Source: an uncultured Candidatus Saccharibacteria bacterium (GTDB lineage Bacteria > Patescibacteriota > Minisyncoccia > Phycocordibacterales > JACOZG01). Taken from it: a stretch of 64,000 nt of DNA. Below are positions 36,812-46,170 of the stretch, one piece after another (the stretch's first letter is position 1; each line of letters begins with the position of its first letter). The position numbers and the translations under genes are program-made. Where the stretch lies: assembly GCA_965230925.1 (NCBI GenBank), contig OZ246403.1:68360-132359 (forward strand). Reading direction: 5' to 3'. The notes beneath the pieces were generated by a model. It searched no databases. It saw only the letters and a program-made list of their open reading frames with translations, and was not told the origin of the DNA.

Positions 36812-39226
36812 ATGAATAAAAATGAAGCATTGGTCTTGTGGTTTGACCAAGTTTCCAATGACGACGTGGCTCTCGTGGGTGGAAAGAACGCTTCGCTCGG
36901 CGAGATGTATGCCACCTTACGTCCGCAGGGTATTCGTATTCCCAATGGTTTCATTATCACCGCCAAAGGTTATCGCCACTTCATTGAGAAAACTGGTTTG
37001 AGTAAAACCATTGAGCATGAATTGTCCGGTCTCGACACAAACAACATGAAAGATTTACAAGCTCGTGGGGCAGAAATCAGACGCTCTTTTCTCGCTGTCC
37101 CTTTTCCCGAGGATTTGGCGGCAGAAGTGAAGCGGGCTTACGCTGATTTGTCTCACGCTTACAATGTATCCGAGGTGGATACGGCGGTGCGCTCTAGCGC
37201 CACGGCCGAAGACTTACCAGGAGCTTCTTTTGCTGGTGAACACGAAACATTCTTAAATGTCCGAGGAGAAAATCACGTCCTTCACGCCATCCAAGCTGCT
37301 TTCGCCTCTCTTTTTACCGACCGCGCTATTTCTTACCGAGTAGATAAGGGTTTCGATCATCAGGCGATTTCTCTCTCGGTTGGGGTGCAAAAAATGGTGC
37401 GGTCTGATCTCGGCGCTTCTGGGGTAATTTTTACCCTCGATACTGAAACGGGTTTCCGCGACGTAGTTACCATCACCAGTTCTTGGGGGCTCGGTGAGAT
37501 GGTGGTGCAAGGGAAGGTCACACCGGATGAATTCTTGGTTCATAAGCCAACTCTCCGCGCTGGCTTCGCCTCAATTATCCGGAAAAATCTCGGACCGAAA
37601 ACGATTAAAATGATTTATCACGGCTCGGGTAATAAGCCGGTGAAGGAAGTGACGACAACGAGTGAAGAACGAGAAAAGTTCTCGCTCACCGATAGCGAAG
37701 TGCTGGAGCTTGCTCGCTGGGCGCTCGCGATTGAAGAACATTATTCCACGCGCGCTGGTCACCCGATGCCGATGGATCTCGAGTGGGCCAAGGATGGTGA
37801 ACGCAATGAGCTCTACATTGTGCAGGCCCGGCCAGAAACGGTGCAAGCCGAGAAAAAAGGTTTTGTCCGAGAGGAATTTAAACTTCAAGGAACAGGCAAA
37901 ATTATTACCGAGGGCATTTCGGTCGGAGCTAAGGTGGCAAACGGCAAGGTGAGAATTATTTTGTCGCCCAAGAAACTTCATGAATTCCAAGACGGCGAAA
38001 TTCTCTTTACCGAGATTACTGACCCAGATTGGGAACCGATTATGAAAAAGGCGGCGGCGATTGTGACCGAGAAGGGTGGCCGGACTTCCCACGCGGCCAT
38101 TGTCTCGCGCGAGCTTGGGATTCCGGCGATTGTGGGCGCCAAGGGAGTGCTCGCAAAAGTAAAAACAGGTGAATTGGTTACTGTGGATACTTCCTCCGGC
38201 GATGTGGGAAGAATTTATGAGGGAGCCATTCCTTTCGAAAAGAAAAACATCAACTTGGCCGAGGTGCCAACCACGCGCACCAAAATTACCGTTAATGTGG
38301 GCGCACCAGATGGTGCCTTCATGCACGCTCAATTACCTCATCGCGGCGTGGGGCTAGCGAGAGAAGAATTTATTATCGCCTCACACATTAGGGTTCATCC
38401 TCTCGCTTTGCTCAACTTCGATCAGTTGCCGAGCAAAGAACTGAAACACAAGATTGAAAAAATCACCTTAGGTTACGCCTCGAAAAAAGATTTTTATATT
38501 CGCAAACTAGCCGAAGGCATCGCTCAAATTGCCGCCGCCTTCGCGCCCCATCAAGTGATTGTTCGCTTTTCTGATTTCAAGACTAATGAGTATCGCGCCC
38601 TCTTGGGTGGCGAACTCTATGAGCCAGAAGAAGAAAACCCCATGCTCGGTTGGCGCGGCGCTTCGCGTTATGCCCATCCTGACTTCAAACCCGCTTTTGC
38701 TCTGGAGTGCGCGGCAGTGAAGGTGGTGCGAGAAGAATTTGGGCTAAAAAATCTCCAAACAATGGTACCTTTCTGTCGCACACCGGAAGAAGGAAAAAAG
38801 GTGATTGAGGTGATGCGCGAGTTTGGCTTGGAGCAAAGCGGGGGAGAAAATGGTCTAAAAATTTATGTGATGTGCGAAATTCCGTCCAATGTTATCTTGG
38901 CCGATCAATTCCTCGATATTTTCGACGGCTTCTCAATTGGTTCCAATGATTTAACTCAACTCACCATGGGCCTCGACCGCGACTCTGGACTAGTGGCCAA
39001 AATTACCAATGAAAATAACCCAGCGGTGCGTAAATTGGTAGAAGACGCGATTACGGCCTGCAAGCGTCGAGGCAAATATATTGGCATTTGTGGTCAAGCG
39101 CCGAGCGATTACCCCGACTTTTTGCGTTTCCTCGTGCGGGCGGGGATAGATTCTATTTCCCTCAACCCCGACTCGGTGGTGCCAATGACCTTCGAGGTGG
39201 CGGAGGAAGAGAAAAGCTTGTTTTAA
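36812..39226 (+). CDS. ppsA: Phosphoenolpyruvate synthase / pyruvate, water dikinase
   Basis: ATP-grasp N-terminus (GGKNASLGEM), phosphohistidine domain (GGRTSHAAIVSRELGIPAIVG), and PEP-utilising C-terminus. Confidence 0.9.
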   Translation: MNKNEALVLWFDQVSNDDVALVGGKNASLGEMYATLRPQGIRIPNGFIITAKGYRHFIEKTGLSKTIEHELSGLDTNNMKDLQARGAEIRRSFLAVPFPEDLAAEVKRAYADLSHAYNVSEVDTAVRSSATAEDLPGASFAGEHETFLNVRGENHVLHAIQAAFASLFTDRAISYRVDKGFDHQAISLSVGVQKMVRSDLGASGVIFTLDTETGFRDVVTITSSWGLGEMVVQGKVTPDEFLVHKPTLRAGFASIIRKNLGPKTIKMIYHGSGNKPVKEVTTTSEEREKFSLTDSEVLELARWALAIEEHYSTRAGHPMPMDLEWAKDGERNELYIVQARPETVQAEKKGFVREEFKLQGTGKIITEGISVGAKVANGKVRIILSPKKLHEFQDGEILFTEITDPDWEPIMKKAAAIVTEKGGRTSHAAIVSRELGIPAIVGAKGVLAKVKTGELVTVDTSSGDVGRIYEGAIPFEKKNINLAEVPTTRTKITVNVGAPDGAFMHAQLPHRGVGLAREEFIIASHIRVHPLALLNFDQLPSKELKHKIEKITLGYASKKDFYIRKLAEGIAQIAAAFAPHQVIVRFSDFKTNEYRALLGGELYEPEEENPMLGWRGASRYAHPDFKPAFALECAAVKVVREEFGLKNLQTMVPFCRTPEEGKKVIEVMREFGLEQSGGENGLKIYVMCEIPSNVILADQFLDIFDGFSIGSNDLTQLTMGLDRDSGLVAKITNENNPAVRKLVEDAITACKRRGKYIGICGQAPSDYPDFLRFLVRAGIDSISLNPDSVVPMTFEVAEEEKSLF

Positions 39227-39229
39227 ATT

Positions 39230-40399
39230 ATGGCGAAAATTACCAAACTGGAAGCTAGAGAAATTCTTGACTCGCGCGGTAAACCAACCCTAGAAATCAA
39301 GCTCAGCTCTGGCGACTTGTTTGGTGTGGCACAAGTGCCGTCAGGGAAATCGACCGGTCGGCACGAGGCGGTAGAGTTGCGTGATGCATCAGGAAGAATT
39401 GAGCCAGCTTTGCGGGTAATTGAAGAGACCGTCAAACCAGTTTTGCTCGGGCAAGAAGTGCACCAGGGTCTAGACCAAACCCTGCTCGAACTCGACGGAA
39501 CCGAAAATAAATCGAAGCTGGGTGGCAATACGATAATTGGCCTCTCCATGGCCACAGCTAGGCTCGCAGCGCGGGTGGAAAAAGTAGAACTTTGGGAATA
39601 TTTGGCCGATTTAGCTAGCACTAAACCACACAAGCCAAAATTATTTATGAATCTGATTAACGGAGGCGTGCATGCCGACTTTAGACTGCCATTCCAAGAA
39701 TATATGGTGGTGGTAGAGAGTTATGCGCAAGGGAAAAATTTGTTCGAGAAATTAAAGCAAGAAATTGCTACTCAATACGGTGAGGTGCCCTACGGTGACG
39801 AGGGTGGTCTCTCGCCCGAGCTAACTAAATTAGAGGAGCCGTTCGAAATTTTAACAAGATTAATTACCGGGGAACCAAACGTTAGCCTTGCTATTGACGC
39901 CGCCGCCTCGGAACTCTGGCAAAACGAAATTTATACGCTGAAGAATCAAGAATTCACGGCCGCCGAATTAACCGATTTTTATCTTGAATTAACAAAAAAG
40001 TATCCGCTCCAAAGTATTGAGGACCCCTTTGCCGAAGATGAAATCGAGAGTTTCCAGAACCTGACTCGCCAGGTGAGTGAAGAAATTCTTGTGGTTGGCG
40101 ATGATTTAACAGTCACTAATCCCAAGCGCTTGAAAACCATGATTGAGCAAAAAGCGGCCAACGCCCTCATTATTAAACCCAATCAAATTGGGACAATCAG
40201 CGAAACTTTAGAAACAATTAAATTGGCCCATGAAGCCGGTTGGCAAACTATTGTCTCGCACCGTTCTGGTGATACGCTCGATGATTTCATTGCCGATCTT
40301 GCTTATGCCATTGGCGCTTATGGTCTCAAGGCCGGCTCACCCGAACCCCCCGAACGCCGCGCTAAATACGAAAGGTTAGAAAAGATTGCGGGAGAATAA
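39230..40399 (+). CDS. eno: Enolase (compact, 389 aa)
   Basis: IKLEAREILDSRGKPT, SHRSGDT..DFIADL and KAGSP..ERRAKY motifs. Confidence 0.9.
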   Translation: MAKITKLEAREILDSRGKPTLEIKLSSGDLFGVAQVPSGKSTGRHEAVELRDASGRIEPALRVIEETVKPVLLGQEVHQGLDQTLLELDGTENKSKLGGNTIIGLSMATARLAARVEKVELWEYLADLASTKPHKPKLFMNLINGGVHADFRLPFQEYMVVVESYAQGKNLFEKLKQEIATQYGEVPYGDEGGLSPELTKLEEPFEILTRLITGEPNVSLAIDAAASELWQNEIYTLKNQEFTAAELTDFYLELTKKYPLQSIEDPFAEDEIESFQNLTRQVSEEILVVGDDLTVTNPKRLKTMIEQKAANALIIKPNQIGTISETLETIKLAHEAGWQTIVSHRSGDTLDDFIADLAYAIGAYGLKAGSPEPPERRAKYERLEKIAGE

Positions 40400-40408
40400 C
40401 CAAAAACT

Positions 40409-40482
40409 TGGTGGACCTACGGGGAGTCGAACCCCGACCTGTTCCATGCCATGGAACCGTTCTACCGCTATACTATAGGCCC
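40409..40482 (-). tRNA. tRNA-Ala (anticodon GGC), with encoded CCA
   Basis: Minus strand: acceptor GGGCCTA/TAGGTCC with G3:U70, anticodon loop ATGGCAT, T-arm CGGGG-TTCGACT-CCCCG. The D-stem has one mismatch. Confidence 0.7.
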
Positions 40483-40631
40483 TTGGAGTTAAATTATCCT
40501 TAATTTTAAGAAAGACGCAACCGAGGAAATGAGTCTCTGGACTTATTTACACAATAATGGTAGTTTAAGTGTCGAGGTTTTGGGAATTGATAGATATTTG
40601 ACAACCGAAAACGGAAAGGAGAGAGAACTCA

Positions 40632-40972
40632 TGGCGACAAACAGAATGGAAAGGGTCCTGAAAAAGGAACTCCGCAATAGAGATTTGCGTCTCGTATGGA
40701 GTCCTAAGCCGGGACACATGAAAAGGGATGAGTTGGTGGTTTTCGGGGCAGAGCAAAAGGTTGGCTGTAAGGCCAAGAAACAACTCAGCATGGCTTCACC
40801 CATGCCTGTGGTCAATGAGTACCATGAAGCTTTTCTTCGGTCGCTCGAGCTGGCTGGTGTTCCGAGAAATTGTCTTCACTCTACCTACGTCCATGTTGGC
40901 CGGGGAAAGATCTGGCCAACCTTTATCGCTCGGATTACTCAGGAGAGTTTCCGGGTGATCAAGGAAAGGTAA
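40632..40972 (+). CDS. Hypothetical protein of 113 aa
   Basis: GGAGAG RBS upstream of the ATG at 40632, inside the longer ORF 40529..40972. Confidence 0.4.
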
Positions 40973-40989
40973 CTCCGTTGTTTTTTTCA

Positions 40990-41028
40990 GGGTCCGCTGT
41001 CTTCACGATGGCGGACCCGTTTTCTTTC
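40990..41028 (+). terminator. Rho-independent terminator
   Basis: gggtccgc / gcggaccc stem followed by gttttctttc. Confidence 0.75.
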
Positions 41029-41043
41029 TGATATATTAGCGCG

Positions 41044-41259
41044 ATGTTTAAAGAATTTTTGATGAAGAAGATGCTCAAGCGCCAGGGCGTGCCGGAGGAT
41101 CAAGTGGAGAAAGTGCTCGCGATTATGGAAAAAAATCCAGACTTGTTTAAGCAAATCGCCGCCGAAATTCAGGCGAAGATGCAAAGCGGCATGGACCAAC
41201 AAGCCGCCGCGATGCAAGTAATGCAAGCGCATCAAGAAGAATTGAAGAAAATTTTGTAG
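41044..41259 (+). CDS. Small helical hypothetical protein of 71 aa
   Basis: Immediately precedes ychF (stop TAG then ATG). Confidence 0.4.
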   Translation: MFKEFLMKKMLKRQGVPEDQVEKVLAIMEKNPDLFKQIAAEIQAKMQSGMDQQAAAMQVMQAHQEELKKIL

Positions 41260-42240
41260 ATGTCTCTCTCAATTGGAATTGTGGGTCTGCCAAATGTCGG
41301 GAAGTCGACATTGTTCAATGCGCTGACGGGGAAGGGGGTGCCGGCGGAGAATTATCCGTTTTGTACTATTGATCCATCGGTCGGGATTGTGGGTGTGCCC
41401 GACGATCGCTTGGCGAAATTGACCGAGTTTAGTAAATCGGCAAAGACGATTCCGGCGGCGATTGAGTTCGTCGACATTGCCGGGTTGGTGAAAGGTGCCT
41501 CGAAGGGTGAAGGCTTGGGGAATCAATTTCTCTCGCATATCCGCGAGGTGGATGCCATTCTCCACATGGTGCGAGTGTTTGCCGACGACAAAGTGACGCA
41601 TGTGAACAATAAAGTTGATCCTTCGGGTGATATCGAGACAATTGGTCTTGAACTTATCTTGGCCGATCTCGCGACGGTAGAGAAGCGGCGAAGTAATTTG
41701 CAAAAAGAAGTGAAGCGGGGAGATAAAATGTCAATAATGGAAGATGGGGTGCTCGCGCGAGCAGAAGCTTTATTGAAGAATAGTGAGCCCGTGTCGCGAC
41801 TAACTTTCGCGAGTAAAGATGAGGAAAAAATTTTAAAAGGGATGCACCTCTTGAGTGCGAAGCCGATGCTCTATGTACTCAACACCTCAAGCGCCACAGA
41901 AAATGCGGTGGCAGAGATTAAAGAAAAGTTGAAAGGAGAAATTTTTGTCGAGATTGATCCGGTCTTCGGCACCGGCCTCGATGATCTCATTAAAGCGAGT
42001 TATAAATTACTCGGTCTCGCGACCTACTTTACGACTGGAGAAGATGAGACACGGGCATGGACTTTCAAAATCGGCTCTACGGCGCCAGAAGCGGCGGCGG
42101 CGATTCACACCGACTTCCGCGAGAAGTTTATTAAAGCTGATGTCATCAATTGGCAAGATCTCCTCGCCGGTAAACATTGGCACCTCGAAGGCAAAGAATA
42201 TCTCGTCAAAGACGGGGATGTAATTGAGTTTAGGATATGA
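41260..42240 (+). CDS. ychF: Ribosome-binding ATPase YchF (compact)
   Basis: G1 GLPNVGKSTLFNALT, G3 DIAGLV, and C-terminal TGS domain. 326 aa. Confidence 0.9.
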   Translation: MSLSIGIVGLPNVGKSTLFNALTGKGVPAENYPFCTIDPSVGIVGVPDDRLAKLTEFSKSAKTIPAAIEFVDIAGLVKGASKGEGLGNQFLSHIREVDAILHMVRVFADDKVTHVNNKVDPSGDIETIGLELILADLATVEKRRSNLQKEVKRGDKMSIMEDGVLARAEALLKNSEPVSRLTFASKDEEKILKGMHLLSAKPMLYVLNTSSATENAVAEIKEKLKGEIFVEIDPVFGTGLDDLIKASYKLLGLATYFTTGEDETRAWTFKIGSTAPEAAAAIHTDFREKFIKADVINWQDLLAGKHWHLEGKEYLVKDGDVIEFRI

Positions 42241-42261
42241 AAAAACAAAAAAAATAATCGG

Positions 42262-42286
42262 GAGACACGAGGTCTCCCGATCAAAA
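42262..42286 (-). terminator. Hairpin plus A/T-runs, usable as a terminator for the minus-strand gene 42304..42717
   Basis: tcgggagac acgag gtctcccga flanked by long A-runs on + (T-runs on -). Confidence 0.55.
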
Positions 42287-42303
42287 GAAGGCTTGTTGGT
42301 AAC

Positions 42304-42717
42304 CTAAGTTTTCATCTTTAGGCCTCCCCATTTAATCTCTTTCCTCCGGTAGATAGTTTCTGGTGACAAAGCAAAGAGTTGGGTTACAACCCAAGACTGG
42401 GTTTGCTCGTTCTTGAGGAACAATTCCCCCAAGAGGGCCTGGATATTGGTCTCCAGAAGCGGCGCTTTTACTGCCGCGTTTTGCAAGCCGGTGACGCCAA
42501 CAATGAAATTCAACCCGGCAAGGTACTTACCCGAGGAGGGAAAAATTCCCCTGGTTTCAATTTCAATGTCGTGGACGTTTAGTTCTTCCCCGTTGATGCC
42601 GTTTGAGTGCGCCTCCGGAAACATCCCAAACAAGAGCCTCTGTAAACGGAACTGGAATTCAGCGTTGGTTCCAACATTGGCCAACTCAGAAACGTAATTC
42701 AAACGCAAAGTAATCAT
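42304..42717 (-). CDS. Hypothetical protein of 137 aa
   Basis: Strong promoter in repeat copy 1 and an RBS AGGAAAGGCGGGAG. Confidence 0.5.
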   Translation of the reverse strand: MITLRLNYVSELANVGTNAEFQFRLQRLLFGMFPEAHSNGINGEELNVHDIEIETRGIFPSSGKYLAGLNFIVGVTGLQNAAVKAPLLETNIQALLGELFLKNEQTQSWVVTQLFALSPETIYRRKEIKWGGLKMKT

Positions 42718-42756
42718 AACTCCCGCCTTTCCTAAACATTTTGATCGTCACCATGA

Positions 42757-42800
42757 CGACCTCTGCCGGAGAATTATACAGATTTATGACTTCTTGTCAA
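42757..42800 (-). promoter_or_regulatory. Consensus sigma70 promoter on the minus strand (TTGACA, 16-nt spacer, TATAAT), inside a 44-bp repeat (copy 1)
   Basis: Plus-strand tgtcaa at 42795-42800 and attata at 42773-42778. The segment cgacctctgccggagaattatacagatttatgacttcttgtcaa recurs at 43359-43402 with 2 mismatches. Confidence 0.65.
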
Positions 42801-42812
42801 CCTAGATATGAA

Positions 42813-42846
42813 AAACCGGCCGAGAGTTTCGGCCGGTTTTTGGGAA
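42813..42846 (-). terminator. Bidirectional hairpin terminator
   Basis: aaaaaccggccga gagt ttcggccggttttt. Confidence 0.65.
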
Positions 42847-42877
42847 CTTGTGGGAGGGTGAAGAACAGGAAGGTGTC

Positions 42878-43330
42878 TCACTCGGCGAACAAGCTGAGGC
42901 ACTTTCCACGGGGTAGCGAGGCGCTGGCCTGCCAACCACCAATGTTGAGTCTGAAAAAAACAGGATCTCCTACGTCCCCGTCGATCGTCAGTTCCGCCTT
43001 CTCCACCAGAACAAAAGACAGGGCCTGCTTTAATCGAGACACTGGATCAAACCCGGTACCGCCCAGATCGTTTACTGAACGGAGAAAGAGGTTTAGATCG
43101 ACGGTTACATCTCTTGGTACGATAGCGAGCTCGAGCTGTCTATCGAAGAGAATTGTGGGATATGGTTCGTCCCCGAATGGGTCCTGCTCATCATCAAAAA
43201 TTAATTCGACTCTCCATTGTCCCCGCACATAATCGGGAAAAATTGAGCAGAAGAGATCTTTCACCAACGTAACCCCAGACGGTTTGATTGTCTTTATCCT
43301 TCCCCAGCCATTAGTGTCCTCAATGTGCAT
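42878..43330 (-). CDS. Hypothetical protein of 150 aa
   Basis: RBS AAGGAGGTG. Promoter in repeat copy 2. Confidence 0.5.
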   Translation of the reverse strand: MHIEDTNGWGRIKTIKPSGVTLVKDLFCSIFPDYVRGQWRVELIFDDEQDPFGDEPYPTILFDRQLELAIVPRDVTVDLNLFLRSVNDLGGTGFDPVSRLKQALSFVLVEKAELTIDGDVGDPVFFRLNIGGWQASASLPRGKCLSLFAE

Positions 43331-43358
43331 GTCGCACCTCCTTTTTTCAATTTCGAGT

Positions 43359-43402
43359 CGCTACAACAGCGACCTCTGCCCGAGAATTATACAGATTTAT
43401 GA
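43359..43402 (-). promoter_or_regulatory. Consensus sigma70 promoter on the minus strand (TTGACA, 16-nt spacer, TATAAT), repeat copy 2
   Basis: Plus-strand tgtcaa at 43397-43402 and attata at 43375-43380, with the same surrounding 44-bp sequence as copy 1. Confidence 0.65.
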
Positions 43403-43459
43403 GTTCTTGTCAAGCAAATGATTTTTTCTTAGGTTCTGCTAAACTTCTGTAAATTAGAC

Positions 43460-46117
43460 ATGAAAGGCAAGAAAAAAACCTATTTACTCGTTGAGTTCCC
43501 GTATCCATCCGGCGATGGTTTGCACGTGGGTCATGTGCGTAGTTACACGGCGATGGATATTGTGGCGCGGAAGCGGCGAATGCAGGGCGAAGAAGTAATG
43601 TACCCAATGGGTTGGGACGCTTTTGGTTTGCCCGCCGAGAATTACGCAATCAAAACTGGCATTAACCCCGCCATCACGACAAAGAAAAATATCGACACTT
43701 TCCGCCGACAGCTTAAGGCTTTGGGAATTTCTTTTGACTGGAAACGGGAGGTGAATACGACCGATCCGAATTATTACAAATGGACGCAGTGGTTATTCTT
43801 ACAATTCTTTAAACAAGGTTTGGCGTATAAATCGAAGTCAGAAATTAATTGGTGTCCAAAAGATAAAATTGGTCTCGCGAATGAGGAGGCGATTGGTGGC
43901 GTGTGTGAGCGTTGTGGGACGAAAACCGAGAAGCGCGAGAAAGAACAATGGATGCTCGCGATTACGAAGTACGCTGATCGACTTGATAAAGATCTTGATC
44001 TCGTGGATTACCCCGAGCCGGTGAAGTTGCAACAGCGCAACTGGATCGGGAAAAGTGAGGGGTGGGAAATTGATTTCGATAATATTAAAGTTTTTACCAC
44101 CCGGCCGGACACCATCTTCGGTGCGAGTTTTGTGGCTATTGCGCCGGAGTTAGCGAAAAAGTTAACGGGCAAAGATTTTGGTATTAGGGTTGATAATGAT
44201 CGGGAAAATAAGGAGAAAGTGGGTGCTGATACTGGTTTGCGGGTAAAGAATCCGGCCAGTGGCGAAGAATTGCCAGTGTGGGTCGTGAATTACGTCTCGG
44301 CCGACTACGGCACCGGCGCCATCATGGGCGTGCCTGCTCACGACGAACGTGATTTTGAATTTGCCAAGAAATACAACTTGCCAATTAAAGCCGTGGTAAT
44401 GCCAAGCCTAACTGATTACTCTAATCCACCGCGGGAAGGGAAAGAAAACACTTTCCGCAATATGGTGCTCGGTATTCTGCACAATCCAAAAACAAAAAAA
44501 TATCTGGTTCTGAAGTGGAAGAAACAGCCGTGGATCGGTTTTGTTACCGGAGGAGTTGAAGAAGGAGAAAATCATGCTGAAGCGATGAAACGTGAAATCG
44601 CTGAAGAGACTGGTTATACCAACACCAAATTGGTGAGAAGCTTAGGAATGACTGAGGCGTACTTTTTTGCCGCGCACAAAGATGTGAATCGTCGAACTCA
44701 TGGTGAACACTTCTTGTTTGAACTACTTGATGAAACCAGAAATGAAGTGAGCAAAGAAGAGCAAGAATTGTATGATTTTGAATGGCTTTCTTTCGACGAG
44801 CTCAAAGCGACGCGATTGCAACACACTGAGTCGCCAATGCTCTTAGACCGAATCGCCACGGGAAAAGATTTTTTCACCGGCTCGGGCCGAGTTTTCAACT
44901 CGGGAGAGTTCTCTGATCTCATGAGCGACGAGGCGAAAGAGGAAATCGCCAAAGAAGTAGGCGGGAAAAAGGTGACGACATATAAACTCCGCGATTGGGT
45001 GTTTAGCCGGCAGCGGTACTGGGGTGAGCCAATTCCAATGATTTATTGCAATGATTGCGGGTGGCAGCCGGTCCCGGAGAAAGATTTACCGGTCAAATTG
45101 CCGAAGATGGATAAATATCAGCCAACGGATAATGGCGAATCGCCACTCGCGAATATTAAAAAGTTCGTGGAAACAAAGTGTCCAAAGTGTAAGAGCAAAG
45201 CGCGCCGAGAAACAGACACAATGCCCAACTGGGCTGGATCTTCTTGGTATTACCTCCGGTACACTGATCCCAAAAACAAAAAAGAATTTGCGAGCAAGAA
45301 AAATCTTGAACATTGGCTGCCAGTAGACTGGTACAACGGCGGCATGGAGCATACCACACTTCACCTGCTCTATTCCCGTTTCTGGCACAAATTCCTGTTT
45401 GATCAAAAGCTTGTGCCGGGCAAAGAACCGTATGCCAAACGCACATCGCATGGTCTCATTCTCGCTTCTGATGGCGAAAAGATGAGTAAATCGCGGGGGA
45501 ATGTAATTAATCCCGATGAAATTGTGAAAATGTATGGCGCCGACGCCCTGCGGCTCTACGAAATGTTTATGGGCCCCTTCGAGCAGGCGGTCTCATGGCA
45601 GACTGAGAGTATTATTGGCGTGAAGCGCTTCTTGGAGCGAGTGGAAAAAGCGGGGAGGAAGGTGAGTAAAAAAGCTTCTGATCACCAGCTTGATATTTTA
45701 ATCAACAAAACTGTTCAGAAAGTGAGCGATGACATAGAAGCGATGCGCTTCAACACCGCCGTGAGCGCGCTGATGATTGCACTCAATGAACTGGAGAAGG
45801 CAGAGAAAATCCCAGCTAAAGTGTGGGAGACTTTCTTAACCCTACTTTCGCCCTTTGCGCCACATATCGCGACCAAACTAAAAGCAGGTAAAAAGTGGCC
45901 AATCTATGACCCGAAATTGGTGGGCGAAGAAAAAAAGAAGCTTTCTGTCCAAATTAATGGCAAGGCTCGGGGAATTCTCGAAGTCTCTGGGGCTGAAACT
46001 GAGGCGGAAATTCTTCAACTCGCTGAACAAGAAGCCAATCTCGCCAAGTGGTTCTCTGGCAAACCTCTCAAAAAAGTTGTCTACCAACCAGGAAGGTTTA
46101 TCAACCTCATTGTTTGA
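43460..46117 (+). CDS. leuS: Leucyl-tRNA synthetase carrying a Nudix-box-containing insertion (~150 aa)
   Basis: HIGH-type motif HVGHV, TTRPDT and GTGAIMGVPAHD editing-domain motifs, KMSKS. A 150-aa insert with a perfect Nudix box (GGVEEGENHAEAMKREIAEETGY) lies between the editing domain and the GRVFNSGEF block. Confidence 0.9.
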   Translation: MKGKKKTYLLVEFPYPSGDGLHVGHVRSYTAMDIVARKRRMQGEEVMYPMGWDAFGLPAENYAIKTGINPAITTKKNIDTFRRQLKALGISFDWKREVNTTDPNYYKWTQWLFLQFFKQGLAYKSKSEINWCPKDKIGLANEEAIGGVCERCGTKTEKREKEQWMLAITKYADRLDKDLDLVDYPEPVKLQQRNWIGKSEGWEIDFDNIKVFTTRPDTIFGASFVAIAPELAKKLTGKDFGIRVDNDRENKEKVGADTGLRVKNPASGEELPVWVVNYVSADYGTGAIMGVPAHDERDFEFAKKYNLPIKAVVMPSLTDYSNPPREGKENTFRNMVLGILHNPKTKKYLVLKWKKQPWIGFVTGGVEEGENHAEAMKREIAEETGYTNTKLVRSLGMTEAYFFAAHKDVNRRTHGEHFLFELLDETRNEVSKEEQELYDFEWLSFDELKATRLQHTESPMLLDRIATGKDFFTGSGRVFNSGEFSDLMSDEAKEEIAKEVGGKKVTTYKLRDWVFSRQRYWGEPIPMIYCNDCGWQPVPEKDLPVKLPKMDKYQPTDNGESPLANIKKFVETKCPKCKSKARRETDTMPNWAGSSWYYLRYTDPKNKKEFASKKNLEHWLPVDWYNGGMEHTTLHLLYSRFWHKFLFDQKLVPGKEPYAKRTSHGLILASDGEKMSKSRGNVINPDEIVKMYGADALRLYEMFMGPFEQAVSWQTESIIGVKRFLERVEKAGRKVSKKASDHQLDILINKTVQKVSDDIEAMRFNTAVSALMIALNELEKAEKIPAKVWETFLTLLSPFAPHIATKLKAGKKWPIYDPKLVGEEKKKLSVQINGKARGILEVSGAETEAEILQLAEQEANLAKWFSGKPLKKVVYQPGRFINLIV
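44410..44880 (+). other. Nudix-box-containing insertion (~150 aa) within leuS
   Basis: GX5EX7REUXEEXGU satisfied at nt 44549-44617. Canonical LeuRS has only about 25 aa at this position. Confidence 0.65.
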
Positions 46118-46170
46118 CACAGTTGACTAAAAATAGATAGGATGATAGAAATAAGGTAATTATTAAAAAT

